64,000 nt of DNA, taken from contig NZ_JBBWVE010000021.1 of the NCBI RefSeq assembly GCF_041903755.1, positions 6,167 to 70,166 of the forward strand, read 5' to 3'. Below are positions 28,099 through 37,559 of the stretch, one piece after another (position 1 is the first letter of the stretch; every line of letters begins with the position of its first letter). This DNA comes from Thiocapsa sp. C3-3m. Its GTDB lineage: Bacteria > Pseudomonadota > Gammaproteobacteria > Chromatiales > Chromatiaceae. The position numbers and the translations under genes are program-made. The notes beneath the pieces are model-generated. The model did not search any database and was not told the origin of the DNA. It worked only from the letters and a program-made list of their open reading frames with translations.

Positions 28099-30021
28099 AT
28101 GTCCAGAAAGACCGCCAAGCCTAAGTTGGGTGCCTCCGCCGTGCTGTCCAGCCAGCTCAAGGCGATCGAGCGTCTGATGGAGCGCAGAGATTACGCGACC
28201 GCGGCGCGTCGGCTGCGCGCCTTGATTGAGGCCCACCCGGATCAAAGCGGTCCCCGGCGCCTGCTCGTGGAGGCGCTGCAGGGTAGCCAGGGAAGCGGCG
28301 CTGCGGCCATCGCCGCGTTCGATTGGGCGGAGCGTCGACCCAAGAGCTTGCCCGCACAGGAGATGCTCTTTCGATACGCACTGCAATTCGGGCATGTCAT
28401 GTTGGCGGATCGCACCGCGGAGCGGCTGCGTGCGCTCGGTTCCGAAACGCCTGGGTTTCCGGTGGCGCCCGCGATCCGCGAGGATCTGCTGCGGCAGCCC
28501 GACGGGTCGAACGCGACCGCCGAGCAGATGCTGCTCTTCGATATCGGCAAGCTCCATCTGGATGGGCATGATTTCGCCGGCGTCGTGCGTTGGCTGGACG
28601 GGGTCGATCTTACGCCGGCCAAGAACAATCGAGCGATGTCGCTGTTCCATCTCGATCGCATCGAGGATGCCCTGGCGGCCTTCCTGGGGCTCTGGAAGGC
28701 GGATCCGGACAACCTCTTCGCTTTGGGATGGGCAGCGCGCTTGCGACTCTACCAGGGCGACGAGACCGGCGCCCTGGGCCTGACGACGCCTTTGGCCGCT
28801 GCGACGGCTCGCCGGCTCGAGGATGCCGTGCCGCAGCTCGATGCCTTGCTGCTGTTGGGCGAGGATGGCGCCGCGTTGGACGCCTTCGCGCGGGTCGAGC
28901 GGTGTGACTGGTTCGGGATCGGAGAGCCTCGGCAACAGGCGATGCTGAACCATTTGGCCGCCTGCGCGGCGAGTCGGCTGGGTGAGGCAAAGCGGGCGCG
29001 GGCGCTCTGCAAGGCATCGCTCGAGCGCGTGCCGAATTTCAAACCCGCCCTCGAGGCTCGCACGATTCTCGACGACGCGGGCGATGCCTTGGCGTATCCG
29101 CCGGTGTTCGGTCTCGGGCAGGCGTTGCCGCTGATCTGGCTGAACCGGATGCGTGATGCCGGGAACGACGGCTTTTCGCACCTCGGAAAGGTGACGGCAT
29201 CCAATGACTTCCTCGATGCACTCTACGTCGGCGGTGACGACGGCCTGCGCGGTCTGGTCGCCTTCATCCTCCAATATCGCGCCGAACGGGGCGATCCGGA
29301 CGCGGTCGTGCGTTTGAAACGGTTCGCCTGCCTGCCGATCGGGACCCGGGAGACGCGCTTCGGGTTCCTGCGTCCGCTCCACGACAAGGGTCTGCTGCCG
29401 CACGGCGAGCCGCTCGAAATCTGGGACGGCGAGCGCGTGACGCAGGTCAGATTGGTCAGCACCGAGATCAGACGTGAGCCCGAGCCGAGCAATCTTCCCA
29501 AGGATCTCGAGATGCTCCTCCAACGCTCGATAGACCGCTTCAATGAGCGCGATTATGCGGGCGCGGAGATCCTCTTGACTCGGATCCTTGAGTACGCCCC
29601 CGGGCATCGTGTCGCACTCGGCAACCTCGCCGCGATCCGCGGCGCTCAAGGCCGCCCTCAAGAGGCGCTGGATCTGCTTCGCAATGTCATCGCCCGTTAT
29701 CCCGACTACATCTTTCCGCGCTGCAATCTGGCCGTCATGCTGATCGAGGCCGGCGAGCTCGACGAGGCCGCTCGTTTGCTGGAGGGGCTCTACGAGCGCC
29801 CGAGCCTGCACGTGCAGGACATCTTCGTGCTCTATGGCGCACTCGCGATGCTGAGCCGAGCGCGCGGCGACCAGGCGGCTGCGGACGGTCTGCTCGCCAG
29901 TCTCGAGCCATTGGTCGAAGACGAGGACGACGCGCGCCGGCTGACCCTCGCCAAGCGTTTGCAGGGGCGGACCACGCCCGGCGTCGGCAAGCGCGGTTGG
30001 TTCAAGCGCGAGGGCGCCTGA
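28099..30021 (+). CDS. TPR-repeat protein
   Basis: Start MSRKTAKPK (alternative 28045). Repeated helical A/L-rich 34-residue units, e.g. DYAGAEILLTRILEYAPGHRVALGNLAAIRGAQGRPQEALDLLRNVIARYPDY. Confidence 0.65.
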   Translation: MSRKTAKPKLGASAVLSSQLKAIERLMERRDYATAARRLRALIEAHPDQSGPRRLLVEALQGSQGSGAAAIAAFDWAERRPKSLPAQEMLFRYALQFGHVMLADRTAERLRALGSETPGFPVAPAIREDLLRQPDGSNATAEQMLLFDIGKLHLDGHDFAGVVRWLDGVDLTPAKNNRAMSLFHLDRIEDALAAFLGLWKADPDNLFALGWAARLRLYQGDETGALGLTTPLAAATARRLEDAVPQLDALLLLGEDGAALDAFARVERCDWFGIGEPRQQAMLNHLAACAASRLGEAKRARALCKASLERVPNFKPALEARTILDDAGDALAYPPVFGLGQALPLIWLNRMRDAGNDGFSHLGKVTASNDFLDALYVGGDDGLRGLVAFILQYRAERGDPDAVVRLKRFACLPIGTRETRFGFLRPLHDKGLLPHGEPLEIWDGERVTQVRLVSTEIRREPEPSNLPKDLEMLLQRSIDRFNERDYAGAEILLTRILEYAPGHRVALGNLAAIRGAQGRPQEALDLLRNVIARYPDYIFPRCNLAVMLIEAGELDEAARLLEGLYERPSLHVQDIFVLYGALAMLSRARGDQAAADGLLASLEPLVEDEDDARRLTLAKRLQGRTTPGVGKRGWFKREGA

Positions 30022-30056
30022 TGCGCTCTCGGGTCGCCCGGTCGCTCGGCCGCTTG

Positions 30057-30080
30057 GCTGGGGCTGGGGCTGGGGCTGGG
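30057..30080. repeat. (GCTGGG)4 hexanucleotide tandem repeat
   Basis: Read directly between the convergent TPR and DUF3422 genes. Confidence 0.8.
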
Positions 30081-30087
30081 CGCAGGA

Positions 30088-31383
30088 TCACTCCGATCCG
30101 GCAAGACGCCGTTTGATCCGTCTGAGTCCGAACCAGGCGAATCCGATCACGAAGGGGAGGGCGACCCCCATCCAGAGCGCGGCGTCGATCGGCGCACCGC
30201 CGCTCTGAAGGCCCTTGAGCGCGTATCCGATGAGGCCGACGCCGTAGTAGCCGATCGCGATGACGGAGAGCCCTTCGACGGTCTCTTGCAGGCGCACCTG
30301 GAGATGGGCGCGGCGATCCATGGACTCCAACAGCCGCCGGTTCTGCTCTTGCAGCGAGACATCCACACGGGCGCGCAAAAGGCCGGTGATGCGGGCCGCG
30401 CGCTCGGCCAAGTCGTGCTGACGGCGTTGGGTGGCCTCGCAGGTCGCGATCGCCGGGGCCAAGCGCGCGTCGAGGAATTCGGACAGGGTCTGCAGGCCTT
30501 CGATCCTGTTTTGGCGAAGCTGCTCGAGCCGCTGTTGGATCATCCCGTAATAGGCACGCGAGGCATCGAAGCGATAGGTGGTTCGGGCCGAAACCGCCTC
30601 GATGTCCGCGGCGAGCCTGGTCAGCTCGCCCAGCAGCTCGCTCTCGAAGGCCGTCTGATCGGACGCGCCTTGACTCGATAGGCGTGATACGACCATCGCC
30701 AAGCGACGATCGGCGTCGCTGAGGGCTGCAGTCACGCCCCGCGCCAGGGGGAACCCGAGCAGCGCCATGGCCCGGTAAGCGTTGATCTCCAGCACGCGTT
30801 TGGCCAGTCGCCCGGCCTGATTGTCGGACAGACCGCAGGCGCGCAGCAGGATCCACGAGTACCCGTCGGCATGGATCTTATGGTCGGACCAAGCACGACC
30901 CGCACCCCCGACCACTTCCGAGCCGATGACGGGGTTGCCGTCGAAGAGCGCGACCAGCTCATCGTTCGTGCGCTCGGGCAGATCGCAGGGCTCGATGGCC
31001 AGCGAGGTCGCGGTGATCACCTCGCCGGGCAGGTCGCGCAGCCAGTCCTGCGGCAGATCGTCGAGCAGCGGATCGGCGAACGGGTGAGCGAAGGCGCCGC
31101 GCTGGCTGAAGGTATAGGTGACGAACTCGGTATGGCGCTCCCAACGTAGACGCATGGGTCCGAGGTCGATCCAATAGTGCTGATCGACCGTCGCCGGGAT
31201 CGGCAGCCCGTAGTGGGCGAGAAGTCGCTTCAGGTGCTCGACGTTGCGACCGCCCCCGCGCTCGCCCGAGACCGCGGCCAGGTGCGAGACCCGTTCGGGC
31301 GCGCGCAGGGGCTCGAAGGTGCGGGCGTGCAGCTCGTCGGTGACGAGATGACGGAGCAGATGCTCTTTAAAGAGGAGTGACAT
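30088..31383 (-). CDS. DUF3422-family membrane-anchored protein
   Basis: 431 aa. N-terminus HLVTDELHARTFEPLRAPERVSHLA...RWERHTEFVTYTF and two C-terminal TM helices match my recollection of DUF3422. Confidence 0.65.
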   Translation of the reverse strand: MSLLFKEHLLRHLVTDELHARTFEPLRAPERVSHLAAVSGERGGGRNVEHLKRLLAHYGLPIPATVDQHYWIDLGPMRLRWERHTEFVTYTFSQRGAFAHPFADPLLDDLPQDWLRDLPGEVITATSLAIEPCDLPERTNDELVALFDGNPVIGSEVVGGAGRAWSDHKIHADGYSWILLRACGLSDNQAGRLAKRVLEINAYRAMALLGFPLARGVTAALSDADRRLAMVVSRLSSQGASDQTAFESELLGELTRLAADIEAVSARTTYRFDASRAYYGMIQQRLEQLRQNRIEGLQTLSEFLDARLAPAIATCEATQRRQHDLAERAARITGLLRARVDVSLQEQNRRLLESMDRRAHLQVRLQETVEGLSVIAIGYYGVGLIGYALKGLQSGGAPIDAALWMGVALPFVIGFAWFGLRRIKRRLAGSE

Positions 31384-31573
31384 GCCGTGAGGGTCCTTGT
31401 TGGGCGGCGCGAGTGTAACCGGGGGTTGTGACGAAGACTAGACACGACCCCGGCTCTCGATCCCTGCTCAAGCGTCCTTCATAAGTCGATCGCGCGTGTC
31501 GCGACGCGCCGCAGATCGCGCAGGCAAGCGATACCCTTCCGGGCCGGTATCGCGTGGTCAACACCGGCGGGAT

Positions 31574-31750
31574 TCAGTCCGAGCTCTGCCCGGCGTCGGT
31601 CTCCTGAAGATCACCCTCGGATCGCTCAACATCGGCCGCTTCGGATGGAGTGCTGCTGTTTTCCGTCTTTCGCTTCTGCTTATCTTCTTTTTTCTTTTTC
31701 TTCTGCAGGTCGCGCTGGCGTTTCTCGAACGCATAGTTTGTCTTGGCCAT
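31574..31750 (-). CDS. small Lys-rich hypothetical protein
   Basis: 58 aa MAKTNYAFEKRQRDLQKKKKKEDKQKRK... inside ORF 31574..31930. Weak call based on the conserved-looking N-terminus. Confidence 0.35.
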   Translation of the reverse strand: MAKTNYAFEKRQRDLQKKKKKEDKQKRKTENSSTPSEAADVERSEGDLQETDAGQSSD

Positions 31751-31839
31751 CGTGATGCTCTCGCTGTTCGGTGCCGTGACCGTCGAGACTGTCGGTCGGG
31801 CACCGGAAAAAGGAATTGAAAGGGAGGCGAAGACGTCGG

Positions 31840-32034
31840 ATCCCTTCGATTGGTCGAAAGGTCTCCTTCGCTTGCCTTCGCGGCGTGCTTCCGAGGGATA
31901 GGGACTGGATCCATGGGCCCGAGCCGGCATTGCTTCAGCGGGTCACGGATACGCACCGGGCAGCGCGGCGGCCTTGCCTCGTCCGTGAGGGAGAACCAGT
32001 CCTTGATCGAGCGGATCGCCGAGCGTACCAGCAT
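31840..32034 (-). pseudogene. degenerate partial duplicate of ppk2 (internal fragment)
   Basis: MLVRSAIRSIKDWFSLTDEARPPRCPVRIRDPLKQCRLGPMD aligns with MLVRSGIRLIKYWFSITDQEQQLRFLMRIHDPLKQWKLSPMD of the intact gene 300 bp away. DNA similarity continues about 60 nt further with a frameshift. Confidence 0.6.
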
Positions 32035-32332
32035 CGGCTCGCATGCTCTAGCGAGAAGGGCTGCCGAGGACCGATGCGGTCCGGGGGCGCTCGGAATCCT
32101 CGGGGCTCGTGCAAGGGTACCGCGAACAGCCTGTCAGGTCCGCGAAAACTCCCGATGATTGCGATCGAACGGGAGATTTCTTGCGGCGATTCGGCGGGGT
32201 GGCCGGGCTCAGGTGGGCTGGCTCGGCGGCTTTCATGCCGACGCCGGGGGTTCTACGCGGATGACCCACGGCGACGGGCAAAGCCTCGCTGGCGAACGTG
32301 CGGCGGCCTCGTGGGCGAGGTACGCCCGACCG

Positions 32333-33253
32333 TCAGTAGTATTTCGGCACGAACAGCTGTTCAGGCAGCGGCTCGCGCTCGTACTCCGGATTGAAGACCC
32401 GGTCGGGGAGCGTGATTTGCTCGTGCGGCACCTCCTTGTAGGGAACCTGGCTCAGCAAGTGGCGGATGCAGTTGAGCCGCGCGCGCTTCTTGTCGTTGGC
32501 TTCGACAACGAACCAGGGTGCCTCGGGGATATTGGTGCGCGCGAAGGTCTCTTCCTTTGCCTTCGTGTAGTCCTCCCACCGAACTCGGGATTGGAGATCC
32601 ATCGGGCTCAGTTTCCATTGCTTCAGCGGGTCATGAATCCGCATGAGAAAGCGCAGCTGCTGCTCCTGGTCGGTGATGGAGAACCAGTATTTGATCAAGC
32701 GGATGCCCGAGCGCACCAGCATCCGCTCGAACTCGGGTACGTCCTGAAAGAACTGCTCCACTTGCTCCGCGTTGGCGAAGCCCATGACGCGCTCGACCCC
32801 GGAGCGGTTGTACCATGAGCGATCGAACAGCACGATCTCCCCGCCGGAGGGCAGGTGTGAGACGTAGCGCTGGAAGTACCACTGGGTCCTCTCCTGCTCG
32901 GTCGGCTTCTGCAGCGCGACCACCCGAACAACGCGCGGATTGAGACGCTGGGTAATGCGTTTGATGACGCCGCCCTTGCCCGCCGCGTCGCGCCCCTCGA
33001 AGATCACCAGGACCTTCTCCCCGGTGTGCTCGACCCAGTTGTGGAGCTTGATGAGCTCGGCCTGCAGCCCCAGCAGGGAGCGGAAATAGGTCAACCGATC
33101 CAGGGTTGCCGGGTGCGTCCGTTTGTAGGTCTTGCGGAGCTCTTCGGAGAGTGCCGGCTCGGAGATCTCGAGCTCGTAGTCTTCGTCGAGCGTATCCGCG
33201 AGCTCGGACGCCAGCCAGTCCATGGCTTCCGGGTTTTCGTTATCGATCGTCAT
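32333..33253 (-). CDS. ppk2: polyphosphate kinase 2
   Basis: 306 aa. VIFEGRDAAGKGGVIKRI (P-loop), FDRSWYNRSGVERVMGF, and the lid region; classical PPK2. Confidence 0.9.
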   Translation of the reverse strand: MTIDNENPEAMDWLASELADTLDEDYELEISEPALSEELRKTYKRTHPATLDRLTYFRSLLGLQAELIKLHNWVEHTGEKVLVIFEGRDAAGKGGVIKRITQRLNPRVVRVVALQKPTEQERTQWYFQRYVSHLPSGGEIVLFDRSWYNRSGVERVMGFANAEQVEQFFQDVPEFERMLVRSGIRLIKYWFSITDQEQQLRFLMRIHDPLKQWKLSPMDLQSRVRWEDYTKAKEETFARTNIPEAPWFVVEANDKKRARLNCIRHLLSQVPYKEVPHEQITLPDRVFNPEYEREPLPEQLFVPKYY

Positions 33254-33602
33254 CGTGTTGCTCCATACCCGCCGCGAATGAAAGTTGTGTTTGGACGAAT
33301 GTTCGTCATCCCGCGGATCGAGCGGGCTGTCTTCGATCCTCGCCGCAACGATTGCATCCTGTCCGCCGACACCGGGATCCCATGAACCCGGGTCGCTTCA
33401 TAGACCCGCTCGACGGGAGTAAATCAGATGGAAATGACCCTTTCATGAACCCTAAGGCGATCATTGAGCGCCATCGGTGCCTGTTTCATGCGGTGCCTCG
33501 CAGGTACTGGGATCAGTGGGGTCCGTGCCGACCCCGCTGCTCGAGGTCGGAATATTGCGGATCGCTTGCGAGGGGTCGGGAGGTTGTCGCCAACAAGGCC
33601 GG

Positions 33603-34550
33603 TCAGCCGACGCCGCCGAACCAAAAGGCGGTGTCTGCCCCCAAGAATTGACCGTGGGGCATGTAGTGAGAGCCGTCGCAGGAGAAGGTCAGGCCAACCA
33701 TGCCGTTGAAGAGGTTAATGGACGACTGACGCAGGTAGATGTTTTCGTCCACCAGCCGCAATCCCTTGAAGCGGTCGAGGATCGGGACGATGTCGGTGTT
33801 CGGAACGACTGCGTCGATGGGATAGCGGCAGGGCGGATACAGGAGGCAGATGTCGGGATCCAACAGGGCCTCTTGGTCCAGGATGCGATAGCGGTAGGGG
33901 TCGTTCAGTGTCCAGATGGTGGCCTGGCTGCTGGAGAAGTGGATCTGGCACTGGAAGACCCCGCGTTCGGTCAACAGCTCGCCGAGGATCGACAGGGCGC
34001 GATCCAGGTTGCGGTCCATCGAGCTCTCGACCCGGCACTGCAGGAACAGGTTGCCTCGGATCGCCGGATCCCCCTTGACCTGACGCCAGGCGTCGGGCTC
34101 CCTATAAAGCTCCGCGGTCACCGGCAGGTCGCGCAGATCGAAGTCGGCCCCCAAGTACCCGAGCGGCCCACTATCCCCCCACACCATCTGCAGCGCAGTC
34201 AGCGACGGCCGCCGCTTCCTCAAGCTGATGTAGGCGTCCGAGAGCAGGAATCCCCAGGGAGGCACAGGCTCGCGCATGTAGGGACGGTCCGATCGGTTGC
34301 GTCCGAAGTGCCCCGATTCCATCCCGCTGGCTCCCAGATTGTCGGAGACCTGAACGCCGTCGATCCCCAGGCAATAGAGAAAGGCGCGATGCGGAATCTC
34401 CGGGAAGCCTTCGGCGAGGACCCGATTGAGGCCCGCTCGGTCGCTCCAGACGGCCCCGCAGCGCGCGGCGAGAGCGGCCATGGGTTGATGGAGGATGTGC
34501 GCGAGCTGTTCGCGCTGACGATAGATACTGTCTTTCCAGGTTGTGTGCAT
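33603..34550 (-). CDS. hypothetical cytoplasmic protein with Cache/PDC-like N-terminal half
   Basis: Start MHTTWKDS chosen (the ORF extends to 34676 through an AT-rich stretch). RSDRPYMREPVPPWGFLLSDAYISLRKRRPSLTALQMV resembles a Cache/PDC ligand-binding core. No TM segment or output domain is visible. Confidence 0.5.
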   Translation of the reverse strand: MHTTWKDSIYRQREQLAHILHQPMAALAARCGAVWSDRAGLNRVLAEGFPEIPHRAFLYCLGIDGVQVSDNLGASGMESGHFGRNRSDRPYMREPVPPWGFLLSDAYISLRKRRPSLTALQMVWGDSGPLGYLGADFDLRDLPVTAELYREPDAWRQVKGDPAIRGNLFLQCRVESSMDRNLDRALSILGELLTERGVFQCQIHFSSSQATIWTLNDPYRYRILDQEALLDPDICLLYPPCRYPIDAVVPNTDIVPILDRFKGLRLVDENIYLRQSSINLFNGMVGLTFSCDGSHYMPHGQFLGADTAFWFGGVG

Positions 34551-34650
34551 GGCTGCGTTCCCGGCTGGGTCTTGCTGGGCCGAATCGATAAAAGGGTGCG
34601 CCGGACGACAGTGGGCGTGCGAGGTGCTCCAGGATTGCCGATGCCTTAGG

Positions 34651-34712
34651 AGTACTGATTTTAAAGCATATATCATACCATATAATTAGCTTTAGTCTTT
34701 GCGAGATATTAC
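34651..34712. promoter_or_regulatory. AT-rich island with exact TATAAT in a divergent intergenic region
   Basis: GATTTTAAAGCATATATCATACCATATAATTAGCTTTAGTC in a background of roughly 65% GC. It lies between divergently oriented genes. Confidence 0.3.
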
Positions 34713-35021
34713 CCGAGCGATCCTGATTCGAGGAAGGCCAACCTCGAGACAAGGGGTACCCCGCCGATTCCTGCGGCAGCGGCTATGCTCGAGGCCACCG
34801 CCGCGATGCAATGACCGCGACCGAGCTACCGCGGAGGCTCGCTCCGCAATCCCGCGCAGCGGTCGTCATCGAAGCGTCATCGTCTCTTCGGCTGGCTGTC
34901 ACCGAATCTTGCCACACTAGCTCGGGAGCGAATCGAGTGGGTCGCGGATCGGACGCAGCTTGGCGACTCACCGGCCGGGACCCCAACCAAACCAGAATCG
35001 AGCCGACCGGAGGAATCCAGC

Positions 35022-37211
35022 ATGATCATCATCCGAGCCCCTTGGCTCGCCTTGGCGACCGCGTTGATCGCGGGTATGGTCCTCGCCCTCCCCGGCGCGG
35101 CGAACGCCCGTCTGCCCGGACAGTCAGGCCTTCCAATTCTTTCGGTTCAGGACGCCGCCGCCTACGAAGGCGAGGGTCGACTGTCCTTTCCGATTAAGCT
35201 CGACCGACCCGCGCCGAGGGATCTGCGCATCATCGCCGTTCCGCTTCCGGATACCGCAAGGCCGGTTGTGGACTATCGCCCCGGCCCCGTGTGGGCCACA
35301 TTCCCCGCGGGCGCAACCGAAGGGTCTCTGGAGGTCGGAATCCGCGATAATAGGGTTGTCGGTCCGGACGTCACCTTGACCCTGGGGATCGCCGCTGCGC
35401 CCGGTGCGATCGTCGCGAAGGGCACGGCCATCGGCACCATCCGCGACGATGAGCCGCTGACGATCAATCTGCTCCACATCAACGATCATCACTCGAACCT
35501 CCAGCAAATCAGAACGACGCTCGACCTCGGCACATCCGGCGGTCCCTTTTCCGCCCCGATCGGTGGTTTCCCGCGGGTGACGGCCAAGATCAAAGCGCTT
35601 GAGTCGCGGCTCGACAACCTCGTCAAGATCCACGCCGGGGACGCCATCACAGGAACGCTCTTCTACACCCTGTTCCAGGGCGAGGCCGACGCCGATCTCA
35701 TGAATACGGCCTGCTTCGATGTCTTTGCGCTCGGCAACCACGAGTTCGACGACGGTGACGGGACCCTGGTGAAGTTCCTCGATTTCTTGGGGTCGAACCC
35801 TGCATGCGACACCACGACGATCGCCGCCAACGTGGTTCCGGCGCTCGGAACGCCGTTGGCGCCCGAGACGGCAAACGACTACATCCAGCCTTACGTGATC
35901 AAGGAGTTTCAAGGCCAGAAGGTTGGATTCATCGGGATCGACATCGCCGAGAAGACGCGCTTCTCATCTCAGCCCTTGCCGACCACGCGGTTCCTCGATG
36001 AGGTACAGACCGCGCAAGCCTATGTCGACGAGCTGTCTGCGATGGGGATCGGCAACATCGTCCTCGTGACCCATTACGGCTATGCGAACGACCTCGCACT
36101 CGCTCGAGCCGTGACCGGTGTGGATGCCATCATCGGCGGCGATTCGCACACCCTGCTCGGCGATCTCGGGCAGTACGGCTTGCCCTCGGCCGGTGACTAC
36201 CCGACCCTCACCACGAACGCGGACGGCGACCCGGTCTGCGTCGCGCAGGCTTGGCAGTATGCCCAGGTCGTCGGCGAGCTGGCCGTCACCTTCCGCGAGG
36301 GCAAGGTCGACACCTGCGGCGGCACGCCTCATCTCTTGCTTGGCGACGGCCTTGAGCGAAGCCGTCTACCGATTCCCGAGCCGGAGCTTACCGAGATCCT
36401 GACGCTCATCGATGCGGATCCGAGCCTTGGTCTTGTGACGCCGGATCCAACAGCCGAGGCGATCCTTGCCGAGTATGCGGCCCAGGTCGACGAGCTCAGT
36501 CAGGAGGTGATCGGCCAAGCGGGCGAGGTCATCTGCGAGCGCCGTGTCCCGACCGAGCCCCGCGGGAGTGCACCCTGCAACGGCGACGCCGTTTCCATAT
36601 CGGGGGCGGAGCTGAACGTGAACGGCGGATTCAGCCAGCAGATCGTGACCGACGCCTTCTTGGCGCGCGCCTTCCGGGCGGACATCGCGCTACAGAACGG
36701 CGGCGGCGTCCGCATCACGATTCCGGAGGGAGATATCACGATCGGGACCGCCTATACCCTGTTGCCATTCTCCAACACCCTGGTCGAGCTTGAGCTGTCC
36801 GGGCAAGAGGTGCTCGACAGCATCGAGGATGGTCTCGCGTTCTACGCGTCCAATCCGAGCGGCAACACGGGGGCCTTCCCCTACGGCTCGCATATCCGTT
36901 GGGACATCGATATGACCCAAGCCAAGGGCGCGCGGATCAGCGACGTCGAGGTGAAGGATCGATCCACCGGGATATGGGCGCCGCTCGAACCCTCGGAGGC
37001 CTATATCGTCGTGACCAACAGCTTCCTGGCCAACGGCGGTGACGGGTACGCCACCTTCAAGGCCGCCGCGGAAGACCGGCGAGTGACCGATACCTTCATC
37101 AATTACGCACAGGGATTCGTCGACTACCTGGTCCAGGATCTCGGCGGTGGAAACCTCTTCGTGCCGCATCAGCCGGACTTCTCGACTCAGTCGTTCGAGC
37201 CCTTGCCCTGA
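35022..37211 (+). CDS. secreted bifunctional metallophosphatase/5'-nucleotidase with N-terminal Calx-beta-like domain
   Basis: Signal peptide, then Calx-beta-like VQDAAAYEGEGRLSFPIKL...GTIRDDE. LLHINDHHSNL, GNHEFD and TNSFLANGGDGY are typical of the UshA/5'-nucleotidase family. Confidence 0.85.
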   Translation: MIIIRAPWLALATALIAGMVLALPGAANARLPGQSGLPILSVQDAAAYEGEGRLSFPIKLDRPAPRDLRIIAVPLPDTARPVVDYRPGPVWATFPAGATEGSLEVGIRDNRVVGPDVTLTLGIAAAPGAIVAKGTAIGTIRDDEPLTINLLHINDHHSNLQQIRTTLDLGTSGGPFSAPIGGFPRVTAKIKALESRLDNLVKIHAGDAITGTLFYTLFQGEADADLMNTACFDVFALGNHEFDDGDGTLVKFLDFLGSNPACDTTTIAANVVPALGTPLAPETANDYIQPYVIKEFQGQKVGFIGIDIAEKTRFSSQPLPTTRFLDEVQTAQAYVDELSAMGIGNIVLVTHYGYANDLALARAVTGVDAIIGGDSHTLLGDLGQYGLPSAGDYPTLTTNADGDPVCVAQAWQYAQVVGELAVTFREGKVDTCGGTPHLLLGDGLERSRLPIPEPELTEILTLIDADPSLGLVTPDPTAEAILAEYAAQVDELSQEVIGQAGEVICERRVPTEPRGSAPCNGDAVSISGAELNVNGGFSQQIVTDAFLARAFRADIALQNGGGVRITIPEGDITIGTAYTLLPFSNTLVELELSGQEVLDSIEDGLAFYASNPSGNTGAFPYGSHIRWDIDMTQAKGARISDVEVKDRSTGIWAPLEPSEAYIVVTNSFLANGGDGYATFKAAAEDRRVTDTFINYAQGFVDYLVQDLGGGNLFVPHQPDFSTQSFEPLP

Positions 37212-37228
37212 CCGGTTCTTTCCCGACC

Positions 37229-37302
37229 GGTCGTTGTCGTTGTCGTTGTCGTAATCGTGGTCGTTGTCGTATCGATGGTCGACAACGACAACGACAACGA
37301 AC
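37229..37302. repeat. (GTCGTT)n / (AACGAC)n palindromic element with 21-bp perfect arms
   Basis: TCGTTGTCGTTGTCGTTGTCG ... CGACAACGACAACGACAACGA. It starts 18 nt after the 5'-nucleotidase stop. Confidence 0.8.
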
Positions 37303-37559
37303 GATCTCGCCCCATCTGCCGTGCTGGACTAGGGTGATTTCCGGAAAAGATACGACCGGCGTTGGCTTTGCGTGGACGCCGACTCGGCTTCATGCCGGCC
37401 GTCCGGCTCCATCGAGTTTCTCGGAATCGACATCTCTTCGACACGTCTTCTTCATCGACGCCCGTTATCCTGTTGTGCAGCGCAACATCCCGCGGCACCC
37501 TGCCATTTTTTGTTCCCGACCCTGTCAGCCGCCAATCTTCTCAGCCGGAGGTCTTCACC

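Noticed and set aside
27886-29811. 641-aa ORF on the minus strand opposite the TPR gene
   Set aside because: Its composition is dominated by R, G, Q and A runs. The plus-strand product has regular TPR-like helical repeats and follows cbiB in an operon-like arrangement. Neither has a strong family match, so this choice is the least certain of the shadow-ORF calls.
34551-34676. N-terminal extension (MIYALKSVLLRHRQ...) of the Cache-like ORF
   Set aside because: The first codons are encoded by the AT-rich promoter-like island and the extension has atypical composition. The internal ATG at 34550 was preferred, but this is not proven.
37187-37498. 103-aa ORF containing a TTTTITTTTTTTT run
   Set aside because: It is the translation of the (GTCGTT)n palindromic repeat, not a gene.
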